From a virus: a stretch of DNA of 64,000 nucleotides. The notes below the pieces were generated by a model that ran no database searches, was not told the origin of the DNA, and was given only the letters and a program-made list of their open reading frames with translations. Numbering within the stretch: the stretch's first letter is position 1; each line of letters starts with the position of its first letter. The stretch is from positions 1 to 64,000 of the IMG/VR virus record IMGVR_UViG_3300028840_002420, one strand, 5' to 3'. Positions 25,912 to 36,265 of this stretch are shown in pieces. Both the position numbers and the translations under genes were made by a program.

Positions 25912-28037
25912 TGCCGACGACAACCACCGAGGTCGGAGTAAAAATCAGTGCGGACGATCGTGAGCTAAAGAAGCTCGCGCAGACGATTCCACAGGCCTTC
26001 GATAAGCGGTCCGTCAAAGAGTTTCAGCAGGCCAGCAAGGATGTTGAAGGCCAGCTGGCTTCGTTGGTCCGCAAGCAGGCGGAGCTGACCCGTCAACTCG
26101 AACGTGTGGACCGGGGAACGAAGGCCTACAAAGATCTGAACAAGGAGCTGCGCGGTGTCCGCCGAGAAGCGGACATGGTGTCGAAGTCTCTGGGGCAGAT
26201 CGACAGGCTGCTGCAGCGCCAGGAGCAGCAGCAGCGGCGGGCGCGGGGTCCGGGTTTTGTCGCCGGCATGGGGCAGGGCCTGGGCGTAGCGCAGTACATC
26301 CCTACGGGGCCGCAGATGGTTCCGCGGATGGCTGGGGCCATGGTGGGCGGAGCGCTGAGACGGGGCGCTGGGGCTGCTGCAGCGCCTTTTGCGATGCCAG
26401 GGATCGGCGGAGTCGCTCAGGGTTTGTCTGGGATCCCGATCGTCGGTGGATTTCTCGGCGGCGCGTTGCAGCAGGCGGCCGGGGCTTATCAGGCGGCCGT
26501 GGGCTATGACCGGGCGGTGCTTGAGGCCTTGCCGTTTGCCGGGGCTCCGCCTACAGCTGCAGCGCAGCAGGCTGCTCGGGCGCGGCAGATTGCTCGAGCA
26601 ACGGGCAAAGTTCAAGCTCAATTCGGTCCAGGGCTAACGGCGGCTAGGACGCAACGAGCGGCGGCGGTGCAGGCGGCAGCGGGTGCTGGTGGCCTTACAT
26701 TTACGGGCGGGGCCGTCCCTAGCGAAGCTGCCGGTGCTCGTGAACGAATGGCTGCACAAGGCGCCGGGGGCTGGTTCCTGTCTAAGTTCATGGCGGAAAC
26801 CGAGCGCGAGCAGACCAAGCGCGAAACACGTGATCGTTCTTCGGGGGCGTTGTCCGCAGCCGCTGAGCGTGTAAAAAACCTGGAAGAGCGCAAGCGCAAG
26901 GCGATGACAGCCGCTCGAGCGTCAGCCAGGGGGCTTCCACGGACGGGGCTGCCGACGCTTTCTGAGGGTGCGGAATTCGGGCTTGGTCCGCAGCAGATGA
27001 TCGGGTTCTTTTCCCAGATGATGCAGGCTCGCGGAGAGGCTCGGGATGATGTTTCTCGATCGGCGTTCCGCGAAGCTATGGCGGCCAAGACGCGGTTCGG
27101 TGTATCCGCACAGTTGGCGGGAGCGTTCGGCCGGATGGGGATCGCTGGCGGTGGTGGGCAGATGGGCGGGATGGATCTGTCGACGGCGTTGCAGACTGCG
27201 GTTGCTCAGGGGCTCAAGGGCAGCCAGGTCACCGAGTTTCTTCAGGAGCTGATCAGCTTAGGCCAGCGTGCGGAAAAGATGGGGGTCAAGTTCGATGTCC
27301 GCGAGTTTACGCGGATGACGGCGGGCCTTCGCGTTGCTGGGATGCAAGGGCTGCAGGCTCAGAGGATCGCTGGAGGTCTGCAGCAGGCAGCGATGGGAGT
27401 TGGTCAGCGTGGGGTCCAGGGGCCGCTGGATGTGATCATGGCCCGAGCTGCAGGCTTTGATCCAAGTCAGGGAGCCGAAGGCTACGCTCGCGCAATGAAC
27501 AAGCTCGCTGGGGGGATGTCCAGCGAGATGATGAATAACCTGCTCGGGATGATCACGCAGGGTGCCGGTGCTGGTGGTTTTGGGCCTGAGATGCAGCGGC
27601 TGATGTTCCGTCGAGCGATGGGCAAGATGGGTGTGCAGGTTGGTCCGGGACAGGCTTCGGATTTGATCGAGTCTTACAGACGGGGTGTCCGGCCGGACAT
27701 CTCGGAGCTGATCGAGCGCGGAGAACGCAAGGGAGCTCGGGGACGGCTCGAGCGCGAAGCGCTGCAGCTCGTCGGTCGAGAAGCGCCAACGGCTCGTGGA
27801 GCAGCGCGGTTGGAGGCCGGACGTATTGGCCTTGGCCGGGCAGCGGCTCCGTGGGTGCAGGCCTTCGAACGGAATGCTCAACAGTCGGGGCAGATCATCA
27901 ATCAGTTCGGCAAAGACCTGCAAAATCTGTCTGGTTACGTGACTCAGGCGATGTCCGCAGTCAAGCGAATCACCGAAGGCGGCTTGGAGGGGATCGTTGA
28001 GAAGATCGTTGCGAAAGTGCTGGGACTAGGAGGATAG
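25911..28037 (+). CDS. Tape measure protein
   Basis: Ala/Gly/Met/Gln-rich helical 708 aa after the chaperones. Confidence 0.8.
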   Translation: MPTTTTEVGVKISADDRELKKLAQTIPQAFDKRSVKEFQQASKDVEGQLASLVRKQAELTRQLERVDRGTKAYKDLNKELRGVRREADMVSKSLGQIDRLLQRQEQQQRRARGPGFVAGMGQGLGVAQYIPTGPQMVPRMAGAMVGGALRRGAGAAAAPFAMPGIGGVAQGLSGIPIVGGFLGGALQQAAGAYQAAVGYDRAVLEALPFAGAPPTAAAQQAARARQIARATGKVQAQFGPGLTAARTQRAAAVQAAAGAGGLTFTGGAVPSEAAGARERMAAQGAGGWFLSKFMAETEREQTKRETRDRSSGALSAAAERVKNLEERKRKAMTAARASARGLPRTGLPTLSEGAEFGLGPQQMIGFFSQMMQARGEARDDVSRSAFREAMAAKTRFGVSAQLAGAFGRMGIAGGGGQMGGMDLSTALQTAVAQGLKGSQVTEFLQELISLGQRAEKMGVKFDVREFTRMTAGLRVAGMQGLQAQRIAGGLQQAAMGVGQRGVQGPLDVIMARAAGFDPSQGAEGYARAMNKLAGGMSSEMMNNLLGMITQGAGAGGFGPEMQRLMFRRAMGKMGVQVGPGQASDLIESYRRGVRPDISELIERGERKGARGRLEREALQLVGREAPTARGAARLEAGRIGLGRAAAPWVQAFERNAQQSGQIINQFGKDLQNLSGYVTQAMSAVKRITEGGLEGIVEKIVAKVLGLGG

Positions 28038-28038
28038 G

Positions 28039-29700
28039 ATGCCGCCGATTCCAGCGCTGCAGTACTTTCCGGGGCTGCCAAATAATCAGTGGGCGTTTTT
28101 GGCGCCGCATCTGCGGATCAATATGCGGTTCTATCCGCTTGCAGGCTTGGCCCCAGACGCTTTCATGCCGTTCCGGGACGGTCGGGCCAAGATCATCAGT
28201 TCGGACGCTTCAGAGACGACAGCAAGCCTCACGGCGTTCAAATGGAACAAGGTGATGGGCCAGCCCAGCGGGCACTGGGAGGCGACGGTCAAGCGGCGTG
28301 TGGAGTCTTACGGACAGCACGAGTTTCAGGAGTTCGCTGTCGATGGAGACTGGGTGGACATCGAGATCGTCCGCAATGGCCTTCCGATCCCGCTATGCCG
28401 CGGAGTCGTGGATACTGTCCGGGAGCGGACGGTATCGGCCAAGGGCGCTACGATCGAGACGTGGTATATCACGGGGCGTGATCACGGGGCGTTCTTCGAA
28501 TATCCGATCACGTGGACCAATCTGTGGGTGCAGACGCTGGGCGAGCTTTCTCAGGGGCTGTTTACCGAGCGGGTCAAGGGCAAGATCGGCGGCCGTCCGG
28601 ATGAGATGTTCAAGATCCTGCTGGAGGCCACGTTCGCCAGCGGCAAGGATGCGGGGCAATGGGAGCTACCGCGGGCTCTGAGCGACGTGACGGGCATCGA
28701 CAAGGGCCTGTGGAAGTTGCTCAAGGTCATCACGTTCAACGCGTCACAGAGCGGCGCCGAAGGCCTCAGAGGGGCCTACTACAACGAGCCGCAGCTGTGG
28801 AGTACGGGCGGACAGACTCTCCATCAGACGCTCCATCAGTGGTGTAATCCGCTGCTTAATGAGATCTGGTACGACCTGATGCTACCCGCGGCCTATTTGC
28901 CTAAGCACGGGCTCGACGGCTTTTTGACCAGCAAGGTAATCGAGCGTGGCAAACTGCCGGCGACGGTCGACGAGCTGACGTTCACCGAGGACGGGATCGG
29001 CATCGGCCGGGACACAGGGACGACGGTCACGCAATCGTTAGCCTCGGAGGGCGACAAGTTCGCGACGATGGGAGCTTTCATCCGCGAGCGCCCATTCTTC
29101 AACACGATTGAAGGCCGCTCGGGCTCGATGTGGCCGAATCTGCCCACCTGGTATCTGCCGACGTGGATGCTCGAGCAGGCCGATCTGGGCCGGTCCGGGG
29201 CTGAGCGATACAACCTGTTCGAGCTGCTCGCCGAAGTGGGCTTTGTCGCCAGCAATGAGCAGGCAGCTCAGGCAAAGCCGGTCTGGCACAAGCAGGACAT
29301 TCGGGCGCACGGGCTGCGCACGATGTCGCAGTCGACGAAGTATCTTGCCCAGTTCCGCAAGGGGATCGGCGACTGGTTCAAGACCGAGCGCGTGACCTGG
29401 CAGCAGCTGATGGTCGACTGGTACGCGTCGATGCCTTATCTCCGTTCGGGAGTGCTCAACGCCAAAACGCTGCTCCCTGAGATCCGAATCGGTCAAAAGA
29501 TCGTGACCGATCCGGGCAATCCGGAAGGGCGGGAACAGCTCTATTGCGAGGGCGTGCAGATGGACTTTGAAGGCCCGACTCAAGCGGCGGGCGCGAAAGG
29601 GACAACGACGTTCACGGTCACCCATGGATTCCGCGGCGACGATGACGCCTATTATAGGGCGATCGAAGGACAGTCCGCGTTGTTTACGGAGACGTTCTGA
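28039..29700 (+). CDS. Baseplate hub protein
   Basis: K.M..PSG.W.......DWV.I.....G.VD.V......W.ITGRD.G; LLPEIRIGQK...YCEGV. Confidence 0.65.
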   Translation: MPPIPALQYFPGLPNNQWAFLAPHLRINMRFYPLAGLAPDAFMPFRDGRAKIISSDASETTASLTAFKWNKVMGQPSGHWEATVKRRVESYGQHEFQEFAVDGDWVDIEIVRNGLPIPLCRGVVDTVRERTVSAKGATIETWYITGRDHGAFFEYPITWTNLWVQTLGELSQGLFTERVKGKIGGRPDEMFKILLEATFASGKDAGQWELPRALSDVTGIDKGLWKLLKVITFNASQSGAEGLRGAYYNEPQLWSTGGQTLHQTLHQWCNPLLNEIWYDLMLPAAYLPKHGLDGFLTSKVIERGKLPATVDELTFTEDGIGIGRDTGTTVTQSLASEGDKFATMGAFIRERPFFNTIEGRSGSMWPNLPTWYLPTWMLEQADLGRSGAERYNLFELLAEVGFVASNEQAAQAKPVWHKQDIRAHGLRTMSQSTKYLAQFRKGIGDWFKTERVTWQQLMVDWYASMPYLRSGVLNAKTLLPEIRIGQKIVTDPGNPEGREQLYCEGVQMDFEGPTQAAGAKGTTTFTVTHGFRGDDDAYYRAIEGQSALFTETF

Positions 29701-30671
29701 TGACTCGGCGGGCTGCCAACGTAGTTCACGCGACGGGCTATGAGACGATGCGATCGGCCGATGGGCTGGTGCTGCAGGCTGGGATCCCGAGTCGGTCGAT
29801 CGCGATGCACAAGGACGTGTTCAGTGCGTCCGGATGGATTACGCGGGCTGTGGTGATCAAGACCTACTACACCGAGGAAGACAAGCGGTGCGGCTGGACG
29901 AAGGGACTGCAGCGAAACGTTTTGTGTGATGTGCGGACGTACGGCCGCTACAGCCGGCCGCTGGCGAAAGTACCCGTGCTGCAGCGCACCCAGGGACTGC
30001 ACGATCGGGACATCTACATTCCGCGAGACAGCCGTCAGAACCTGGAAGGCGGCGAGCTGGTGACTGGGGGCAGCAAGAGCACGTCCGTTCCGACAGCTGC
30101 GGAAAACATGGACGGGGACCATGTGCTCATCGGCTTTTTGGACAACGATCCGAGCCAACCGGTGATCTTGCCGTTTCAGTTCAGCCATCCGAAAAGCTCG
30201 TTTCAGCCGGAGTTGGCCGACGGCCGGGTGCGGGAGATCCGCCACCAGGGGACGTTGCTCGCTTGGGATAAGGACGGCAACTTTACGATCGATGCGACGG
30301 GGGTCGCCGAAGAGATCTTGGAGGCTGGCGGTACGGAGAAAGCGGCCGTCGGTAAAGGGACGCTGACGTTCGTCAACCAGGACGCGGGCGGCGCCAAGCT
30401 GAGCGTGGTGCTGGATGCAAGCAGCTCGCCGGGTGCGGTGCTGCTCGGGTCCGATCCGGCCTCGCCGGCGACCGAGCCGTTCGTGTGCGGAAACCTGCTG
30501 AAGTCGCTGCTCGAAGACATCTTGGATACGCTTGCGTCGCACAAGCACACTGGGGTGACGACGGGAAGCGGAGTATCTGGGATCGCCGATGTCGCGGCAG
30601 ATTGGACGGCGCAGAAGGGCCAGATCCCAGGGACACTATCTGACTTCATACGCGGCAAGAAGGCGCAGTAA
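29700..30671 (+). CDS. Baseplate central spike (gpV/gp5-OB-like)
   Basis: GDHVLIGFL..D...PVI and a C-terminal HKHTGVTTG metal-binding apex motif. Confidence 0.75.
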   Translation: MTRRAANVVHATGYETMRSADGLVLQAGIPSRSIAMHKDVFSASGWITRAVVIKTYYTEEDKRCGWTKGLQRNVLCDVRTYGRYSRPLAKVPVLQRTQGLHDRDIYIPRDSRQNLEGGELVTGGSKSTSVPTAAENMDGDHVLIGFLDNDPSQPVILPFQFSHPKSSFQPELADGRVREIRHQGTLLAWDKDGNFTIDATGVAEEILEAGGTEKAAVGKGTLTFVNQDAGGAKLSVVLDASSSPGAVLLGSDPASPATEPFVCGNLLKSLLEDILDTLASHKHTGVTTGSGVSGIADVAADWTAQKGQIPGTLSDFIRGKKAQ

Positions 30672-30680
30672 GGAGGCAAC

Positions 30681-32570
30681 GTGGCTGCGAGCATCATCGA
30701 CATCCTTTCTGAGGAAGCCCGACAGTCCAGAACCGGCGATAAGCTGTATTACAAGTCGCTGCCTTACGCGTTTGTGATGCGAGGCAAGCCGATGTCAGGT
30801 CCGATCGGGCCATCTGGTCAAGCGGTGTTTCCGCTGCCGATGAATCCGGAATCCTTCGAATACAGCATGCCGTTTGCGGCGGAGATCACGGCGTTGCAGG
30901 AGGGCGGAGTTATCTCGGAGGAGGCCGGGATCACTATCGGTGAAATCAACCTGACTGCAACGACAGGATGGCGGCTACGGACAAACTTTGACACGACGTG
31001 GGGACCAGGTGACGGCGAATTCACGGGGCTACTGGGTGCGGAAGGGGGGTACTTCGAGGATATCTCAGGCCAGCTCGCGTTTTGGCGGCTGGCCAATCGT
31101 TGTTTCGATGCGTACTCGTCATTCAAAAAGGATCCGCAGACGGCCGCTCAGACCGTTTTGGAATTCCACAGCCTCAAAGACGATCTGCATCTGACCGTGA
31201 TACCGCGCGAGTTTTCGTTACGTCGCGAAGTCGCTCGGGAGCGCGTGACCTATCGATACACAGCGAGGCTCGCGGTAGTTGGACCAGCGTCTGCGGATAT
31301 CGTGGTGCTCTCGCCGGATGCGAGTTTGCTCGATGGTTTCAAGAACGCGATCAGCAAGATTCGATCGACGATTCAGAGCATCTCGGCTGCGGTTGACGAT
31401 CTCACAGCAGCCATTGATGATCTGCGACGTTCGATTACCAGTATCGCGAGCATCCTGGACGACGTGGCGAGTATCGTCGACTCGTTCACCGATTTAGTAA
31501 ACGGCGTGAAGGCCTTCGCTGATATTCCTCGGGCGTTTATTACGGCTACAGCCAATTTGTTGGAGTCGACAGCTGATTACGCGGTGACTGTGGGAAATTT
31601 CCCAGCGGACGTAGCTCAGTCATTCCGTACTATCTCCGATGACTGCGATCGGCTCAATGTCGCGGCGACCAATCTGTTTCGGGAGACCTATGATGAAGCA
31701 GCTCGGAAGTACGAAAAGCGGACCACGCCTCCCAGGCTGGGCGACGATCCAACGCGCGATTCGCAATCTCAGGCGCTGGCTGACAAGGCAGCTGCAGGTT
31801 CGCTGAAGGTCCGGGAGGTCTTTGGCGGCGCGGTCAAGCCTGGCGATGTCGGACGGGCTCAGGTGAAGCCGTGGCGGGATTACGCACGGCTCCGCGAGCA
31901 GAAATACCAAGGCTTCGAAGAGCGCGTGGTGGGCCAAGGGGACACGTTGCAGAGCCTGGCGGCGAAGCACCTTGGCAATGCTCGCGACTGGTTGATCCTC
32001 GCCAAGCTCAATCAGCTGCAAGCTCCGTACATCACGAACGGAGCCAAGATGCCTCACACGCTGCAGCCAGGCAGCAAGTTCATTATTCCGATTGCCGATC
32101 CGAGCAACTCGCCAGACGTGATCACGACAGGAGCGGCGGCCGTGGGGGAGTCTCAGGCGGATAAGCACCTGGGGACAGACTTCGAGCTGGTCCAGCTCAA
32201 AACGGCGACAGGAGCGAAGTCCGGGACGTTCGGGTGGGCTATCGACACGGCCGGGGGTTCGACGGATGTTCGACGGATCAGCGGCTTTAAGAACATGGCT
32301 CAGGCGATCGAGTCACGGTTCCGTACGGAGCGCGGAACGAACATCCTCTATCCGGCGATCGGGCTGCCTCGATTGATCGGAATCAAGGGCTTCGGTGAAA
32401 CGATTGTGGAGGCGCGTTACGAGGCGCGGCGTCAGTTGTTGGCCGATCCACGCGTGTCCCGAATCGGAAAGTTCGCTTTCCGTCAAGAAAACGATGTGCT
32501 GACGCTCGAGGCCGATGTTCAGCCGAAGGGGTTCAACACGACGCGTCCGATCAGTCGGACGCTCACATAG
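30681..32570 (+). CDS. Baseplate protein: tube-initiator-like, LysM and gp25-like domains fused
   Basis: FPLPMNPES N-terminus; GDTLQSLAAKHLG....W..LA.LN.L (LysM); G..N..QAI..R..TE.G....P..G...LLADPRV (gp25/gpW). Confidence 0.7.
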   Translation: MAASIIDILSEEARQSRTGDKLYYKSLPYAFVMRGKPMSGPIGPSGQAVFPLPMNPESFEYSMPFAAEITALQEGGVISEEAGITIGEINLTATTGWRLRTNFDTTWGPGDGEFTGLLGAEGGYFEDISGQLAFWRLANRCFDAYSSFKKDPQTAAQTVLEFHSLKDDLHLTVIPREFSLRREVARERVTYRYTARLAVVGPASADIVVLSPDASLLDGFKNAISKIRSTIQSISAAVDDLTAAIDDLRRSITSIASILDDVASIVDSFTDLVNGVKAFADIPRAFITATANLLESTADYAVTVGNFPADVAQSFRTISDDCDRLNVAATNLFRETYDEAARKYEKRTTPPRLGDDPTRDSQSQALADKAAAGSLKVREVFGGAVKPGDVGRAQVKPWRDYARLREQKYQGFEERVVGQGDTLQSLAAKHLGNARDWLILAKLNQLQAPYITNGAKMPHTLQPGSKFIIPIADPSNSPDVITTGAAAVGESQADKHLGTDFELVQLKTATGAKSGTFGWAIDTAGGSTDVRRISGFKNMAQAIESRFRTERGTNILYPAIGLPRLIGIKGFGETIVEARYEARRQLLADPRVSRIGKFAFRQENDVLTLEADVQPKGFNTTRPISRTLT

Positions 32571-32582
32571 CAGGAGGCCGCG

Positions 32583-33974
32583 ATGGGCCAATTCGCGCCG
32601 AGACAGTTCGACGATATTTTGGAGCGGATGATCAACCGGGTGGTCGCGCGGTCGGATCTGAACGACATCAATGACGGCTCGAGCGTCAAGCAGGTGCTCG
32701 CTGCAGCTGCCCGAGAAGATGACGATCAGTACTACCAGATGATCAACCTGCTCGATCTGTTCGACATCGCCAAGGTGATCGGCGTCGACCTGGACGAACG
32801 AGCGAAGGAATTCAATCCGTCACTGATCACGCGCAACCAGGCACAGAAAGCGACTGGTGAGGTTCAGTTCAGCCGAACGGGAACCGTGGGAACGGTGACG
32901 ATCCCGATCGGGACTGAGGTCGAGGTGCCGGCGACGGGAGCCGCAGATCCGATCACGTTCGTTACCACGGAGGAGGGGACGATCTCGGGCGGCTCGACTA
33001 CCTCCAACCTGGTCGACGTGGTGGCGGCCAAGGCTGGTGTGGCCGGTAATGTGGCTTTGGGGACGGTGACCGGATTCGTGTCCAAACCGAGCGGTGTGGA
33101 CTTCGTGACCAACCCGGCAGCTTTCACCAACGGGCTCGACCTGGAAAGTGATGACGCTTTCCGCGAACGGCTGCTCAACCAGATCAAGGGGCTCGCTCGA
33201 GCGCACGTGGATGGACTCGAGTCAGCAGCTCTGACGGCCGAGGATACAGCTTCGGGAAAGCGAGTGGTGTTCGCCGAAGTGGTCGAGGATACGGTCAACC
33301 TGGGGAACGTGACGGTCTATATCGACGACGGGTCCGGGACCGCGGAAAGCTCGACGGTTGTTCCGCAGTGGACCACGATTCCGCCGGGGACCGCGGTTGG
33401 TGGCGAAACGATCCTGTGGGTGCCCAACAAGCCGATTGATACGTCGGCGGCTTTCGGTCTCCGGATCAACTCGGTGCTTCAGACGGAAGGGACGGACTAC
33501 ACGCTCAATCCGGCCAACGGTCAGATCAATCTGCTACCAGCCAGCTACCCTACGGGTCTGACGGCCGGCGACGTGATCGACGGAGAGTGGACCTATTTCG
33601 ATGGGCTGATCGCGGAGTGTCAGAAGATCATCGACGGGGACGCGGCTGATCGGGTCAACTATCCGGGCTATCGCGCCGCGGGCGTACTCGTGCGGGTGCT
33701 GGCTCCGACGACTTCACAGCAGGTCGTGACAGCCAACATCACGGTGTTGCAGGGCTACGACCAGACCACCGTGGCTACCGAGGTCGCTGCCGAGATCAGC
33801 GCCTACATCAATGCTCTGGGAATCGGCGAGGACGTGATCCTCAACGAGCTGCGCGAGCGTTCGATGTCGGTACCAGGGATGTACGATATCGAATTCACGG
33901 CGCCGACCGAAAACGTGGTCATTCTGGAGAACCGGCTAGCTCGGATTTTGGCAAGCAACCTTTCGATCAACTAG
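32583..33974 (+). CDS. Baseplate J-like wedge protein
   Basis: LDERA.E....R..A.KATG.V.F...IP.GT...G..GNV...VTNP.AF.NG.D.ESD..FRER. Confidence 0.9.
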   Translation: MGQFAPRQFDDILERMINRVVARSDLNDINDGSSVKQVLAAAAREDDDQYYQMINLLDLFDIAKVIGVDLDERAKEFNPSLITRNQAQKATGEVQFSRTGTVGTVTIPIGTEVEVPATGAADPITFVTTEEGTISGGSTTSNLVDVVAAKAGVAGNVALGTVTGFVSKPSGVDFVTNPAAFTNGLDLESDDAFRERLLNQIKGLARAHVDGLESAALTAEDTASGKRVVFAEVVEDTVNLGNVTVYIDDGSGTAESSTVVPQWTTIPPGTAVGGETILWVPNKPIDTSAAFGLRINSVLQTEGTDYTLNPANGQINLLPASYPTGLTAGDVIDGEWTYFDGLIAECQKIIDGDAADRVNYPGYRAAGVLVRVLAPTTSQQVVTANITVLQGYDQTTVATEVAAEISAYINALGIGEDVILNELRERSMSVPGMYDIEFTAPTENVVILENRLARILASNLSIN

Positions 33975-34358
33975 ATGGCGAGCTTGGGCAACATAAGCGA
34001 AGTCGGCGGCCACCAGCTCGAGCTGACCGGTACGTTTCCCGCGGGGACCGATTTGGAGGTGTACATAGGTCCAAGCGGGGACGAAACGGATCCCCCAGCG
34101 TATGGCGGCGAGGATCGCGGATATCGACCGGTATCCGAAGACGGCTCGAGCGTGGCTGTGGTAACGCCTCCGTTGGCGCCAGGGACGCATTCTGTCTCGT
34201 GGAGGACTGCGGGGTCCGGGAGCCCTCCGGCCGTTCTGGGGACGCTCCAGGTGCTCGAGCGTAACTGGCCGGCGAAGCTGTACATCCAGCGCAACAACTT
34301 CCCCCCGTGGACGGGCGTCGGTAGGCGGCGGCTCGAGATCGAAGGGGGCCGCTGGTGA
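33975..34358 (+). CDS. Baseplate-associated protein, single copy of a ~125-aa repeated domain
   Basis: Domain shared with the next two genes. Confidence 0.6.
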   Translation: MASLGNISEVGGHQLELTGTFPAGTDLEVYIGPSGDETDPPAYGGEDRGYRPVSEDGSSVAVVTPPLAPGTHSVSWRTAGSGSPPAVLGTLQVLERNWPAKLYIQRNNFPPWTGVGRRRLEIEGGRW

Positions 34359-35794
34359 GCAACCTTGGGATCTATGTCGCGGCGGCCGTCGTTGATGGAG
34401 GGGTCGGGGACAACTTCGGGGTTGTCCTGTTTCGAGAGCCGGGAACCAGCAACTGGGTAGAGGTCCACCGAAACACGGTGGCGCACACCAGCACGGCCGG
34501 GACAGGCTTTTGCGGAATCAGCGGACTGCCTAACGGCTCGTTTATCGTGGCTGTCGGTCAAGGGCTGTACAAAGCGTCGGTCACTCCGACGGCTGGCTGT
34601 TTGTCGTGGTTCGATGGCTTTCAGTGGCATGAAGTGACGGTGCCGGCGACGTACCGATTCACGGACGTGTACGTGCCTCAGAGAAACCTCGCCTACGTCA
34701 CAGGCTACGATACGGGCTCTCAGGGAACGGGCCGGATTTGGCGCTGGGAGGCGACCAACCCAACGGTCTTCACCGAGGTGCATTCTCGTTACGACGGTGG
34801 GGGGCCGTGGCCGAACACTTATTATCACATCAGTGGATCGGGGCTGGACAACATCTGGGTGTCGCTGGTCGTCAACAGTAACTCTGTCTACAACAAGCCG
34901 TGGGTTTCTCATTACGATGGGGTCTCATGGACCGATTACTCGATGACCCCCTACTCGAATGCGAATCTGCCGTTCATCGTGTCAGAGGATCACGGCTGGA
35001 TGCAGGGCGGCAACTTTTCTGGAGGAGACGCAGTTGTTCGACGATGGGAGCCGCCACCTGTAAGCAACTGGCCGATCATCCACAGCCACAATCCAAGCGG
35101 CAGTGAAGTCGCCTATTCGACTGTGGGGACCGACGACTACGCGCTGATCGCTGGATTCCGTGACGGGGCGAATCGCATCTATAAGTGGACGCAAGGCGGC
35201 GGGTTGGTGTCCAAGTGGGCGCAGTCCGCGTGGCGGCTTCAACGGATCGCTTTGGACCGCGATGGTCAACACGCGTTTGCGGTGGCCAACAACATCTTCA
35301 GCAACTTAGATGCTGTGTTCACCGAGTCGCTTGACGCTGGCGAGACGTGGACAGCGCTCGCCTATTTCCAGCAGTACGTCTATCGGTGGGCTGGCGGGAT
35401 CTTGTTTGCCAGCGGCTACAGTGACCTGGGTGTCGTTGCGGAAGACGGCGGCTACGAAGTCGAAATTGAGGGGACGTTTCCGATTGGGGCTCCGCTCGAA
35501 GTTTTCATGGGTCAGGATGCCGCGGATACCGATAGTCCATGCTACGGCGGTTCCGGTCGGGGCTACCAGCCGATATCGCTCGATGGGGCCACGCTGCGGG
35601 TGATCACTCCGCCGAGCTCGCTCGGGAGCCAAATTCTGAGCTGGCGTCAAGCCGGTGGTGGCGATCCGTCCCCAGTCGGAGAGCTGACGGTTATCGAGCG
35701 GAATTGGGCGCACAAACAGTTGAGCACACGGGTTTGTTATCCGCCGTGGGCTGGTGTTGGACGGAGGCGGCTTGAGATTGAGGAGCAACGCTGA
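34355..35794 (+). CDS. Beta-propeller-like putative receptor-binding protein with C-terminal ~125-aa shared domain
   Basis: W/Y-rich repeats (FDG..W, YDG..W, S.D.G.TW) followed by the shared domain. Confidence 0.55.
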   Translation: MSNLGIYVAAAVVDGGVGDNFGVVLFREPGTSNWVEVHRNTVAHTSTAGTGFCGISGLPNGSFIVAVGQGLYKASVTPTAGCLSWFDGFQWHEVTVPATYRFTDVYVPQRNLAYVTGYDTGSQGTGRIWRWEATNPTVFTEVHSRYDGGGPWPNTYYHISGSGLDNIWVSLVVNSNSVYNKPWVSHYDGVSWTDYSMTPYSNANLPFIVSEDHGWMQGGNFSGGDAVVRRWEPPPVSNWPIIHSHNPSGSEVAYSTVGTDDYALIAGFRDGANRIYKWTQGGGLVSKWAQSAWRLQRIALDRDGQHAFAVANNIFSNLDAVFTESLDAGETWTALAYFQQYVYRWAGGILFASGYSDLGVVAEDGGYEVEIEGTFPIGAPLEVFMGQDAADTDSPCYGGSGRGYQPISLDGATLRVITPPSSLGSQILSWRQAGGGDPSPVGELTVIERNWAHKQLSTRVCYPPWAGVGRRRLEIEEQR

Positions 35795-36261
35795 TGGCGG
35801 CAGTCGACGCGGGCATCATCGAGGAAGTCGGAGGCGAGCTGCTGACGATCGTGAATCCGTCCGTGACCTATCCGTTGGATACACCGCTGGAGGTGTTTTT
35901 GGGACCGAACGGCAACGCGACAGATCCGCAGTGTTACGGTGGGCAGGGTTACGGATATCTGCCTGAAGCGGACAACGTGACAACGCTGACGATCGTAACT
36001 CCGCCAGTTGGTGCAGGCTCACCGAGGTACGTCAGCTGGCGCGAAGAGGGCGGCGGTTCGATAGAAGTTGTTGCGGTGCTGGTCGTGCTCGAGCGTAATT
36101 GGCCTTCAAAAGGGCACGTCGCGCGGAAGTCCTATCCGCCGTGGGTGGGCATAGGAGCGCGGAGGTTGGACCTGGAGGGGCTTTCGGAAGGCGAGGAAGC
36201 CGCGGAAGCGGAACACACGTACGGCACGATTACGTACGGTACAGACACATACGGAGGCTGA
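35794..36261 (+). CDS. Third copy of the shared domain with YG-repeat tail
   Basis: Ends TYGTITYGTDTYGG. Confidence 0.6.
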   Translation: MAAVDAGIIEEVGGELLTIVNPSVTYPLDTPLEVFLGPNGNATDPQCYGGQGYGYLPEADNVTTLTIVTPPVGAGSPRYVSWREEGGGSIEVVAVLVVLERNWPSKGHVARKSYPPWVGIGARRLDLEGLSEGEEAAEAEHTYGTITYGTDTYGG

Positions 36262-36265
36262 GAGG

